From Arenicellales bacterium (lineage in GTDB: Bacteria > Pseudomonadota > Gammaproteobacteria > Arenicellales > Poriferihabitantaceae): 64,000 nucleotides of DNA. Made by a program: the position numbers and the translations under genes. The notes under the pieces are model-generated. The model was not told the origin of the DNA. It saw only the letters and a list, made by a program, of their open reading frames with translations, and did not search any database. The stretch is taken from positions 2,695,847 through 2,759,846 of the forward strand of contig OY730442.1 in assembly GCA_963422685.1 (NCBI GenBank). The letters are read 5' to 3'. This document shows positions 21,629 to 30,099 of this stretch, one piece after another (position 1 is the first letter of the stretch; each line of letters begins with the position of its first letter).

Positions 21629-22112
21629 GGCAATCCGACTGATTTATGGCAAAAGTATTGATAAATGAATGGTAACCATGCTATCGGTTTTTTAATTTTA
21701 TTGTCAATTGAACTGAACGGAACATGGTTAAAAACCGGAGCTTTTTATGACTGATTCTGTGGTCGAAAATAACCAGGCACCACACCATAATAGCAGTCTC
21801 CATGCGGTTTTAACAGATTATTAATGGCGGTTGTGTCGGCAGCAAGCAGAACTGCCCGCTTTTAGTTTCCGTATTGGTTCTGAAAACCGCAGGCCGCCCT
21901 TATGCTCCCCATGGCAGGCCTGTTTGAATTTCATCGACCTGCTTTTCTGTGGGTATTCTGTCCGCTTGATCATACTGAAATCTCCAGATAAACAAGGGGT
22001 ATAAACCGGATATATACGTACTGCCAACACCGCCGGTTCCCATGCGACCGGGTTTGCACGAACCCGAACACCATGATTTAAGCTATAACTTTATGGTGTA
22101 TATTTTGATGCA

Positions 22113-22153
22113 AATATAGTCTATTGACTAGGGTATGTACTTTATGGTATATA
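22113..22153 (+). promoter_or_regulatory. Putative sigma70-type promoter with an overlapping palindromic box (box 1) upstream of the tagged ABC/hydantoinase operon
   Basis: AATATAGTCTATTGACTAGG (22113..22132) contains the palindrome ATAGtCTAT and -35 TTGACT (22124..22129). An 18-nt spacer follows, then TATATA (22148..22153). A near-identical copy lies at 44306..44346 on the minus strand. Confidence 0.5.
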
Positions 22154-22270
22154 AACTCCTTCCTGTGAGAGGGGTATCCGTTGCAGTTCATTTCAATTTG
22201 GCCGGACGGAGTACTTTTCATACCACATTAGGATTACTACTAATTGAACATCCTACGTAAGGAGAATATT

Positions 22271-23446
22271 ATGACGACGAGAGAAACGTTTCGGCTGATT
22301 TTGTTTTTTACATTCTCGCTTGGTTTGTCCACTACGGCCTTTTCAGAGGGTCTCGATGAAATTCCTGCTGACACCCGCGCCAGGGTCTACAATCCTGACT
22401 TGATGGACCCGGCCCAGCCACTCGAAGCCAGCATCTACCGAAACTGGAAAACCGACCGCAAGCCGCCCTGGACCATTGGTTATGCAAGTACCTATGCGGG
22501 TAATACCTGGCGCAAGGGGGCGATGGCCAGGCTGCTGAGCGAAGTATTGCCCAAGTGGCAGGCGCTTGGCCTGGTTGATGACATTATCGTTACCCAGTCT
22601 AATCTGAAAGACTCGCTACAAATCCAGCAAATGAGACAATTGGTTGATCAGGGTGTGGACGCCATTATCATCTGCTGTTCAAACCCGACTGCGTTGAACC
22701 AGACAATCAAATACGCTTACGAAAAAGGGGTTCCAACATTTTCATTTACCGGTTACGTCACCTCGCCATACGCGATTAATTCGTCGGTGAATTACCACCA
22801 GGCCGGTTATGAAATCGGTCGATGGATGGCTGAAGAAATTGGCGAAAAAGGCAATGTGCTGGTTATCGAAGGCATCCCCGGGGCATCTGCATCGGATTCC
22901 CAGAATGCTGGCGTGCTGGATGGTCTGGCGCAGTCTCCTGATATAAAACTGGTCGGAAATATCGCACATATGTGGACATCACAAGTCGGTCAGGCTGAGG
23001 TTCAGAAGTGGCTGGCGACTCACCCGCAGCAGTTGGATGGCATCGCGGTACAATCATCTGGTGAGACGGGTGTGTTGCAGGCATTATTACAATCGGGCCG
23101 GGATATTCCGCCCATCTCCATTGGCGGCGAACTGGGCGCTTTGTGTTACTGGCGTAACAATCCGGATTACATCAGTGCCGCGATTCAGACCTGGCCTCCG
23201 GGGGATGATATTGAACTTGGCTGGAACATCATGATGCGCACCATGCAGGGCCAGGGGCCGAAGATTCAATCTATTCTGGTTCCCACTGTCAAGTCCAGTT
23301 TCGACGACATCAAGGCATTGCTTGATGAGAACTGTGACCGCAATTCAACCGATTGGCTGCATGTTGGCATTGATGTCTGGGGCGGAACGAATTACCTGGA
23401 TCAATTTTTTATGAATCCTGCGGACCCGGCAGATTACAAACCTTAA
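22271..23446 (+). CDS. CUT2-type (sugar-like) ABC transporter periplasmic binding protein, PBP1 fold
   Basis: AAGGAG RBS at 22259..22264, and signal peptide MTTRETFRLILFFTFSLGLSTTAFSEG. The body shows the Peripla_BP pattern (...VDAIIICCSNPTAL..., ...GNVLVIEGIPGASASD...). The ORF-track start at 22244 is less likely. Confidence 0.8.
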   Translation: MTTRETFRLILFFTFSLGLSTTAFSEGLDEIPADTRARVYNPDLMDPAQPLEASIYRNWKTDRKPPWTIGYASTYAGNTWRKGAMARLLSEVLPKWQALGLVDDIIVTQSNLKDSLQIQQMRQLVDQGVDAIIICCSNPTALNQTIKYAYEKGVPTFSFTGYVTSPYAINSSVNYHQAGYEIGRWMAEEIGEKGNVLVIEGIPGASASDSQNAGVLDGLAQSPDIKLVGNIAHMWTSQVGQAEVQKWLATHPQQLDGIAVQSSGETGVLQALLQSGRDIPPISIGGELGALCYWRNNPDYISAAIQTWPPGDDIELGWNIMMRTMQGQGPKIQSILVPTVKSSFDDIKALLDENCDRNSTDWLHVGIDVWGGTNYLDQFFMNPADPADYKP

Positions 23447-23481
23447 GATTTAGATAGCGTGAATAAATCAGTGCTGGAGTA

Positions 23482-25314
23482 ATGAATAGCGGAAACGGTG
23501 TAGTATTAAAGGGGCACGATGAAAGCATCTTCGGCGAACCGCCGGCGGTGCTTTCTTCGTTTGCGGGGGAGCTCTATGTCAAGGACGTACACAAGACGTT
23601 TGGCGTGACCAAAGCGCTGAATGGTTGTTCGTTCAGTGCAAATTTTGGAGAAATTCACGCCATTGTCGGCGGCAACGGCTGCGGCAAGAGTACGCTGGCC
23701 AAAGTGCTTTCCGGTGTCCTGCCGATGGACTCAGGCAAACTTTCAATTTTGGGTCATCATCCCACTTCACCCTCCGAAGCCCGCAATACAGGCATTGCAA
23801 CGGTATTTCAGGAAATCATGATTGCTGATCAAGCCACTATCGTGGATAACCTGTTTATCGGCGCTGACGGCTTCTGGACCAGGGCCCTATCGGCCAGAGA
23901 AAAGCGGGACAAAGCGCAGGTATTGATGAAGGAATTGACAGGCGGGGAGATGGACTTGCTCAGGCCAGCGGGCGATTTACCGCTGAGCATCAAAGCATGG
24001 ATTACCATTGGCCGCGCATTGTTGTGCGAGCCGAAGGTTTTAATCCTGGATGAATCATCAGCCGCGCTTGATTTCGATTCCACCGAACGTTTATTTACCA
24101 AAATGCGTGCACTGCGCGGTCAGGGCGTTGCAATCATCATTGTCACCCACCGCATAGCGGAATTAATCAGAATCAGCGACCGGGCCACCGTCATGCGTGA
24201 CGGGCGCGATGTCGGCGTTCTGGAAAAAAGTGAGATCACCGAACCAAACCTGTTGAGTCTGATGACTGGCAGGAATGACGCTACCGAAACCTCTGCGGAG
24301 CACGCGCACAGGACAGCGAGTCGAGAAGTGGTGCTGAAAACCAGCCGCTTAAAAGTGTGGCCCGAAAGCGACCCGATTGATTTTGCGATACTGAAAGGCG
24401 AAATCGTCGGCATTACCGGTCTAGATGGTCATGGTCAGGACGATTTTGTGCGCATTCTGGCCGGGATTGCACAGGCAAGCGAAGGATACCCCGAGATTAG
24501 GGCGGATGGCTCCAATGACTACGTTGCAATAAGAAATCTTGAACAGGCAAAAGACCACGGCATTGCATTCGTGTCCGGTGATCGAAAGCGTGAAGGCATT
24601 CTGCCCAACCTGAGCATATTCGAGAATTTATTGATTCCGTTGTACCGCAGCAATTCACGGCTGCCTGGGGTCAGGTTTATCGACTGGCAAGGGCTGTCAG
24701 ACGTGTTCGATTGGGAAGTGGGGCGGCTGTCGATTAAAACCGGCGCCCAATCCAATCTCATCACATCATTAAGCGGCGGCAATCAACAAAAAGTAATCAT
24801 CGGCCGTTCCTTTGCGTTACATCCGAAAATACTGATATTAAACGACCCGGCCCGTGGCATTGATGTGGACACCAAGCGCGACCTGTACAGGCACTTGCGC
24901 GAGTTTGCCAGCGAAGGGAATTCCGTGGTTTACATGTCCAGCGAACTGGAAGAATTTATCGGCTTTTGCTCCCGGGTTGTGGTGTTTCGCCACGGCAGTA
25001 TTTTTAAAACCTTTGTGGATGCGGATGTAGAGCCGGTTGGTATTTTAGAAGGCATGTTCGGCAGGGCCGGCGGTACGCAGCCATACACTGGCAGCAATCC
25101 GTCTGCCACCCGCAAAGACAGCGATAAGGGCAATAGCGCACAGCCGGCCACATTCCACTCTCCTTGCCGACAGAACGCGAATACCATCGATTCGCCTAAA
25201 CCACAACCTCTGACCGGCGATGACGTCTCCCATATCAGGATAGTGGATTTCGACCATGCTCCCGAACCGCTGACAACTGACCGCGGCAAGATGAAAATCT
25301 CTTACTTTGATTAA
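23482..25314 (+). CDS. CUT2-type ABC ATPase (two fused NBDs) with an 83-aa C-terminal linker plus conserved tail
   Basis: NBD1: GGNGCGKST, LILDESSAALD, IVTHR. NBD2: LSGGNQQKV, LILNDPARGIDV. The canonical fold ends near ...ILEGMFG (about nt 25062). A low-complexity linker follows, then LTGDDVSHIRIVDFDHAPEPLTTDRGKMKISYFD. Confidence 0.85.
   Translation: MNSGNGVVLKGHDESIFGEPPAVLSSFAGELYVKDVHKTFGVTKALNGCSFSANFGEIHAIVGGNGCGKSTLAKVLSGVLPMDSGKLSILGHHPTSPSEARNTGIATVFQEIMIADQATIVDNLFIGADGFWTRALSAREKRDKAQVLMKELTGGEMDLLRPAGDLPLSIKAWITIGRALLCEPKVLILDESSAALDFDSTERLFTKMRALRGQGVAIIIVTHRIAELIRISDRATVMRDGRDVGVLEKSEITEPNLLSLMTGRNDATETSAEHAHRTASREVVLKTSRLKVWPESDPIDFAILKGEIVGITGLDGHGQDDFVRILAGIAQASEGYPEIRADGSNDYVAIRNLEQAKDHGIAFVSGDRKREGILPNLSIFENLLIPLYRSNSRLPGVRFIDWQGLSDVFDWEVGRLSIKTGAQSNLITSLSGGNQQKVIIGRSFALHPKILILNDPARGIDVDTKRDLYRHLREFASEGNSVVYMSSELEEFIGFCSRVVVFRHGSIFKTFVDADVEPVGILEGMFGRAGGTQPYTGSNPSATRKDSDKGNSAQPATFHSPCRQNANTIDSPKPQPLTGDDVSHIRIVDFDHAPEPLTTDRGKMKISYFD
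25210..25311 (+). other. Shared C-terminal tail, copy 1 (on the ABC ATPase)
   Basis: LTGDDVSHIRIVDFDHAPEPLTTDRGKMKISYFD* aligns with the tails at 25842..25958 and 29989..30087. Confidence 0.8.
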
Positions 25315-25331
25315 CAGGCATTGAATAACAA

Positions 25332-25961
25332 ATGGCATCGAAAACAAATCAAAAAGCACCGGCGGATGGTCAGAACTTCACCGACCGCGATACAGTGCAT
25401 TTTGAAACGCTCATGAATTCGTTTGATGTCAATACCGGTGTGCATGCTGAACGCCAGGATGAAAACAAGGAATCACCACGAATGGCTGTCCCGGACGAAT
25501 TTCCGTATACCGGGAGCGATATCCTTGAGTTTCAAAAGTTGATGGCTTCCAGTAACGCACCGGGGAATATGCGCAATACCGGTCCACTGTCTAGTGGTAA
25601 AGTTTCAAATAACACCAGTTATACCGAGGATGACAACCATTTTTTCGATGCGTTAGGGTCATTCGACTGGAGAGCGGGCCCAAACGCCGGGACAACGAGC
25701 TCCGCCAATCCGCCAAAACGGCAGGCGCCAACACCCGACACCGTCAAGTATTCCCGGCAAGACCTGGAAATATTTGCCAGGTTAATGCCCGGCGCGGCAG
25801 GCAGCAGGGAGTACGCCACCAGTAAGCCCGATGCGGCGCCGATACATATTGATAGAGACGTTGGCCATATCAGAATTGTTGATTATGACAAGCAGCGGCT
25901 GGCCGATTCGAAGCGCAAAAATCGTCCGCATATCGACATGAAAATTCATTATTTCGACTAA
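25332..25961 (+). CDS. Low-complexity repeat protein with the shared C-terminal tail (candidate scaffold)
   Basis: 209 aa with no recognisable enzymatic domain. It has four in-register [FY][TS]xxDxxxFxxL[MG] motifs and ends in the same tail as its neighbours. In-frame conservation of the tail argues that it is a real CDS despite a weak RBS. Confidence 0.7.
   Translation: MASKTNQKAPADGQNFTDRDTVHFETLMNSFDVNTGVHAERQDENKESPRMAVPDEFPYTGSDILEFQKLMASSNAPGNMRNTGPLSSGKVSNNTSYTEDDNHFFDALGSFDWRAGPNAGTTSSANPPKRQAPTPDTVKYSRQDLEIFARLMPGAAGSREYATSKPDAAPIHIDRDVGHIRIVDYDKQRLADSKRKNRPHIDMKIHYFD
25377..25787 (+). repeat. Four protein-level short-motif repeats inside ORF 25332..25961
   Basis: FTDRDTVHFETLM (25377..25415), YTGSDILEFQKLM (25506..25544), YTEDDNHFFDALG (25620..25658) and YSRQDLEIFARLM (25749..25787). 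Spacing is 43, 38 and 43 aa. Confidence 0.8.
25842..25958 (+). other. Shared C-terminal tail, copy 2 (on the repeat protein)
   Basis: IHIDRDVGHIRIVDYDKQRLADSKRKNRPHIDMKIHYFD*. Confidence 0.8.
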
Positions 25962-25966
25962 CTCCC

Positions 25967-28063
25967 ATGCAGAAATCAACCCTGGGCACACAATACCGAC
26001 TAGGCATTGATGCGGGAGGCACCTTTACCGACTTTGTGCTTGCCGACCAGATGGCTGGCACGGTTAACATTTACAAAGCGTTGTCCACACCCGGCAATCC
26101 GACCGAAGCGATCCGGGACGGGTTGCAACTTATCTCGGAAGATTTGGGTGTCACAGCAAAAGATGTCATTTCACAATGCGATTTATGTATCAACGGCACC
26201 ACAGTTGGGCTCAACGCATTAATTCAGCACAAAGGGGCAAAGGTCGGCCTGATTACCACCGCAGGCCATGAGGATTCCATCGAAATACGGCTGGGTCACA
26301 AAGAGGACGGCTATCGATACGACCCTGAGTATCCCCCGGCGGTGATGTTGGTGCCGCGATACTTGCGGTGCGGTGTGCGCGAACGGGTTGTTTCCAACGG
26401 CAGGATCAAAACCGGGATGCAGGAGGAGGACGTCCGCGACGCTTGCCGAATGTTTCAGGAGGAGGGCGTTGAGGCGGTGGCGATTTCATTCATCTGGTCT
26501 GTGCTGAACCCGGCCCATGAAATCCGCGCGGCAGAAATCGTGCGTGAAATGCTGCCGGATGTGATCCTCACCGTGGGTAGCGAGCTCTACCCGCAAATAC
26601 GCGAATACACGCGAACCTCCACTGCCATCACCAATGCTTATCTTGCGCCGATTATTAAAACCTATGTCAATTCAATAGACAACTATTTCAATGAGCTCGG
26701 CGCGATCAATCCGGTTCGTTATTTTCAGTCCAACGGCGGCCTGGCCATTGGCCAGGCAATGACCGACCGGTCCGTATACGCAATCAATTCCGGGCCGGCC
26801 TCTGCCCCTCAGGCGGCCCTTGCGATATGTGCGCCTTTTGGTCACCGGAATGCCATCACCGTAGACATGGGTGGAACATCGTTTGATATTACCCTGGCCC
26901 GGGACGGTGTTACCAACCTCAACAAGAATATCGATTTTCTGCGTTACCGCATCGGCGTGCCGATGATTCAGGTAGAAACCCTGGGGGCAGGCGGCGGTTC
27001 AATCGGTTGGATCGATGAAATGGGGTTGTTACAAATGGGGCCGCAAAGCGCGGGATCAGATCCCGGTCCGGCCTGCTATGACCGCGGCGGCACCGAGCCC
27101 ACGGTGTCAGATGCAAACCTGGTTCTGGGTTATTTGAATCCGGCTGGTCTGGTCGGCGGCCGTCTGCCATTGAACTACGACAAATCCTGTCAGGTGATTG
27201 AAGAAAAAATTGCCCGTCCATTGAATATTTCAGTGGAAAAGGCCGCTTACGGTATGTTTACCATCGTCAATAACAACATGGTCAATGGCATTCGCCGGGT
27301 TTCCGTGGAGCGTGGATATGATCCGCGGGATTTCGTGCTGGTTGCGGCGGGCGGCGCCACCGGCGCGCATATAACCGCATTGGCAACGGAAATGGGTATC
27401 GATACTGTGATCGCGTCCAAACTGAGTTCTGGCCTTTGTGCATACGGACAGATTATTGCGGACGTCAAGTATAATTATATGGCGACCATTCCAGTGCGAC
27501 TGGAAGGCAATGAGACCTATGTCCGCATTAATGCGCTGTATGATGATATAGAAACCAGAGGCATCGATCATTTAAAGTCCGACGGTTTTGCCGAATCGGA
27601 CATCGATATCAAACGCAGCATGGAAATGCGTTATGTCGGGCAGATTCACGAATGTACCGTAGACATCGAATCCTTCGAGATCAACGCGCAGACAATTGAG
27701 CAGATTAAAAATGCGTTTCATGATCGCCACGAACAGTTATTCACCTATTCCGAGCGGCATAACCCGGTCGAACTGGTGAATATCGAAAGCACGCTCTATG
27801 GGCGGGTGGCGCGACCCAATCCGGCGGAACTTGACAGCGGCCCGGCAGTGGAGAATGCGCTAAGCGGACAGCGTGATTTGATTTTTTCCGATGATGCCAG
27901 ACCCGTCCGCGTGCCGGTTTATGACGGCGCAAAAATTGGCGCCGGCAGTCAGCTTACCGGCCCTGCGGTGGTTGAAGAAGAAACCGCGACCTACGTTATT
28001 CAGCCGGACTGGCAAATTGCGCTGCACAAAAGCGCATCATACGTGATTACCCGGGTGCGTTAA
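25967..28063 (+). CDS. Hydantoinase A / oxoprolinase family, ATP-binding subunit (HyuA-like)
   Basis: 698 aa: YRLGIDAGGTFTDFVL (ASKHA-fold phosphate-1), ...TVDMGGTSFDI..., ...LGAGGGSIGW... Typical of the Hydant_A_N and Hydantoinase_A domains. Confidence 0.88.
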   Translation: MQKSTLGTQYRLGIDAGGTFTDFVLADQMAGTVNIYKALSTPGNPTEAIRDGLQLISEDLGVTAKDVISQCDLCINGTTVGLNALIQHKGAKVGLITTAGHEDSIEIRLGHKEDGYRYDPEYPPAVMLVPRYLRCGVRERVVSNGRIKTGMQEEDVRDACRMFQEEGVEAVAISFIWSVLNPAHEIRAAEIVREMLPDVILTVGSELYPQIREYTRTSTAITNAYLAPIIKTYVNSIDNYFNELGAINPVRYFQSNGGLAIGQAMTDRSVYAINSGPASAPQAALAICAPFGHRNAITVDMGGTSFDITLARDGVTNLNKNIDFLRYRIGVPMIQVETLGAGGGSIGWIDEMGLLQMGPQSAGSDPGPACYDRGGTEPTVSDANLVLGYLNPAGLVGGRLPLNYDKSCQVIEEKIARPLNISVEKAAYGMFTIVNNNMVNGIRRVSVERGYDPRDFVLVAAGGATGAHITALATEMGIDTVIASKLSSGLCAYGQIIADVKYNYMATIPVRLEGNETYVRINALYDDIETRGIDHLKSDGFAESDIDIKRSMEMRYVGQIHECTVDIESFEINAQTIEQIKNAFHDRHEQLFTYSERHNPVELVNIESTLYGRVARPNPAELDSGPAVENALSGQRDLIFSDDARPVRVPVYDGAKIGAGSQLTGPAVVEEETATYVIQPDWQIALHKSASYVITRVR

Positions 28064-28065
28064 CC

Positions 28066-30090
28066 ATGCCGGAAGTCGATCCAATCACACTATCCGTGGT
28101 TCGCGGGATTCTGGAAACCACCCAGCGGGAAATGACCCTGGCGCTTGAAAAAACCGGGCGATCCAGCGTATTTAACCTGGCCCATGACTATTCCACGGCC
28201 ATGTTCAACGCCACTCCTGAAATGATCATGCAGGGCCAGGACATACCCATTCACCTGGGTTCGTTGATGCCTGCGATGAAAGCGGTGGCCGGTTATTTTG
28301 GCGACGACCTTCATCCAGGTGATTTGCTGCTGCACAACGACCCGGAATACAAGGGCAGCCATATTCTCGATATGTGCATGTACAAGCCGGTTTTTTATAA
28401 AGGCGAACACATATTCTGGACGGTATGTAAAGGACACCTGACCGATATTGGCGGGCCGGTACCGGCCGGTTACAACCCGGATGCCAGAGAGATTTACGCC
28501 GAAGGGCTGCGTGTGCCCCCCATCAAACTATGGGACAAGGGTAAGCCCCGGGAAGACATACTGAATATGCTGCTGACCAATATGCGGGCGCGGCGCGACC
28601 AGGAGGGCGATTTCAATGCCCTGATTGGCGCTTGTCAGGTTGGCGAACGCAATCTGCTTAATATGCTGGATAAATACGGTATTGAGCAAGTCCGGCTGTG
28701 CATTGATGAATTGCTGTCCATGGCGGACCGTCACATGCGCTCACTGATCAGGCAGGTGCCCGACGGCAGTTTCTCGGGCACCGCGATTCTGGAAGATGCC
28801 GGCCATGGTTTCGGCGACATAGAAATCACCGCGAATCTGACCATTACCGGCGACACCTGCCGGATTGATATCACCAGTCCACCCCAGGTGCCCTATTTCA
28901 TCAACTCCTATGAAGGCAATTCCTATTCCGGTGTGTATCTGGGAGTGATGATGTTTGCCCAGCTTCCGCCGCCATATAATGAAGGTCTGTACCGGTGCGT
29001 CACCGTAAACATGGGGGAAAAGGGGACATTGTGCAATGCGGCCGAACCGGCGCCCCACGTTAATTGTACAACTACCCCGATGGAAACCCTGACCGATGCA
29101 GTGCGTCTGGCCTTTGAGCAGGCCGCGCCAGACAAAGTGAGTGCATCATGGGGGCATACCAATGGCTGCAACATTGCCGGATGGGATTCACGAACCAATG
29201 AAGAATATGTCACTATGGTGCTGGCAACACTTATTTCTGGTGCCGGGGCGACTCCGCAACAGGACGGCTGGCATGCCTGTGGGCCGCAGTCCTGTTTCGG
29301 CGCGCTGACTTCGGGTGATGTTGAATTGCTTGAGCATTCTTATCCGATCATTATTCATCGTTACAATCTGATGACCGATTCCGGCGGTGCGGGAAAATTT
29401 CGCGGAGGGTCGGGAACCTGTTGGGAGGTTGAGCCGATGGATGAACCGATGACCTTCGTGATGTTTGGCGAAGGCCGTCGTTTACCGGCAATGGGTGCGG
29501 CGAACGCGCGCTCAACCATGATCGAGCCCAAAGTCGGTCGGGTCGAATTTACCCGGAACGGTAATGTCGAAATCGTTCGCAAAAACGTCATTGCCACCAT
29601 TCAGCCAGGCGAAACCGCAACCAATAAAAATCCGGGCGGCGGCGGCTATGGCGACCCGTTTGACAGGCCCATCGACAAAGTCATCCAGGATGTAAAAAAC
29701 CGGCTGGTTTCAATCGAAGGCGCTCGGGAAGATTATGGGGTTGTGATCAAGAATGCCGAAACCCTTGAGGCGGATAACCCGGCCACCACCGCGCTGCGCA
29801 GCAATCAATTGCGTCACAAAATGACTGCGCCTGCTGCCATTTCTGGCGCTGACCAGGCCGTTAAATTAGCTCCCGCACCGGTTTCATCGGTGAATATTGA
29901 TCGCCCTGGCGCGGGCGATGTGGCAACAAACCGCAAACCCGGTGACAGGGAGTCGTACAAACAGGGGGGCAACGCCGCTCCAAAACCGTTGACTGGCGCG
30001 GACGTGGGCTTTATTCGAATTGTTGATTTTGATAAACAGGAATCATCCGGCAGGAAAAATAAAAAGAATATGAAAATCCGCTATTTCTGA
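28066..30090 (+). CDS. Hydantoinase B / oxoprolinase family subunit (HyuB-like) with an approximately 88-aa C-terminal linker plus conserved tail
   Basis: DPITLSVVRGILETTQREM..., ...SGGAGKFRGGSG..., ...GGGGYGDPFDRP...REDYGVV is a complete Hydantoinase_B domain. It is followed by a Pro/Ala/Gly-rich linker and LTGADVGFIRIVDFDKQESSGRKNKKNMKIRYF. Confidence 0.88.
   Translation: MPEVDPITLSVVRGILETTQREMTLALEKTGRSSVFNLAHDYSTAMFNATPEMIMQGQDIPIHLGSLMPAMKAVAGYFGDDLHPGDLLLHNDPEYKGSHILDMCMYKPVFYKGEHIFWTVCKGHLTDIGGPVPAGYNPDAREIYAEGLRVPPIKLWDKGKPREDILNMLLTNMRARRDQEGDFNALIGACQVGERNLLNMLDKYGIEQVRLCIDELLSMADRHMRSLIRQVPDGSFSGTAILEDAGHGFGDIEITANLTITGDTCRIDITSPPQVPYFINSYEGNSYSGVYLGVMMFAQLPPPYNEGLYRCVTVNMGEKGTLCNAAEPAPHVNCTTTPMETLTDAVRLAFEQAAPDKVSASWGHTNGCNIAGWDSRTNEEYVTMVLATLISGAGATPQQDGWHACGPQSCFGALTSGDVELLEHSYPIIIHRYNLMTDSGGAGKFRGGSGTCWEVEPMDEPMTFVMFGEGRRLPAMGAANARSTMIEPKVGRVEFTRNGNVEIVRKNVIATIQPGETATNKNPGGGGYGDPFDRPIDKVIQDVKNRLVSIEGAREDYGVVIKNAETLEADNPATTALRSNQLRHKMTAPAAISGADQAVKLAPAPVSSVNIDRPGAGDVATNRKPGDRESYKQGGNAAPKPLTGADVGFIRIVDFDKQESSGRKNKKNMKIRYF
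29989..30087 (+). other. Shared C-terminal tail, copy 3 (on hydantoinase B)
   Basis: LTGADVGFIRIVDFDKQESSGRKNKKNMKIRYF*. Confidence 0.8.
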
Positions 30091-30099
30091 TTTGCAGAC

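Noticed and set aside
21650-22080. A long divergent intergenic region. I looked for a regulator gene, a riboswitch or a small RNA, and noted the inverted repeats TAACCATG/CATGGTTA and CGGGTT-N6-AACCCG.
   Set aside because: There is no ORF with family features and no motif of a riboswitch class I recognise. The hairpins lack terminator T-runs. The evidence is insufficient.
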